DNA from: Octopus sinensis
Taxonomy: Eukaryota
Direction of reading: 5' to 3'
Assembly (NCBI RefSeq): GCF_006345805.1
Contig: NC_043014.1
Coordinates: 55,118,001 to 55,182,000 of the forward strand
Length of the DNA: 64,000 bases
The notes under the pieces were generated by a model. That model saw only the letters and a list, made by a program, of their open reading frames with translations. It did no database searches and was not told the origin of the DNA. Below, in pieces: positions 63,964 through 64,000 of this stretch. The translations under genes and the position numbers were made by a program. The first letter of the stretch is position 1; every line of letters begins with the position of its first letter.

Positions 63964-64000
63964 GAAGAAATGCTGCCAAGCATTTAGCATGCCATTCTAA

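Overview
This is AT-rich, repeat-dense animal genomic DNA. The SINE families and microsatellite load resemble octopus (coleoid cephalopod) sequence, which is an inference from recall, not a database result. The only supported host gene is a minus-strand SNF1/AMPK-family kinase most like SNRK. Three internal exons (35697-35838, 25502-25717, 18274-18468) splice in frame through GT-AG introns of about 10 kb and 7 kb, covering the kinase C-lobe, the UBA-like region and the start of the tail. The N-lobe and C-terminal exons were not found and probably lie outside the window. The rest is intronic or otherwise non-coding. It holds at least five tRNA-like or RTE-tailed SINE families, RTE and R4/Dong-like LINE 3' fragments, TTAA-flanked piggyBac-type MITEs, Helitron/Helentron non-autonomous elements, a Penelope-like terminal repeat and large simple repeats. 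Almost all ORFs in the supplied track are repeat artefacts. The main second-look items are a minimal hammerhead-ribozyme-like motif (36590-36624), an RTE insertion with twin-priming architecture (8836-9275), a 94-bp target-site duplication, a 1200-bp tandem duplication made through (TA)n tracts, a locally templated ~250-bp insertion and several long near-perfect palindromes. No prokaryotic-type system, CRISPR array or RNA gene is supported.
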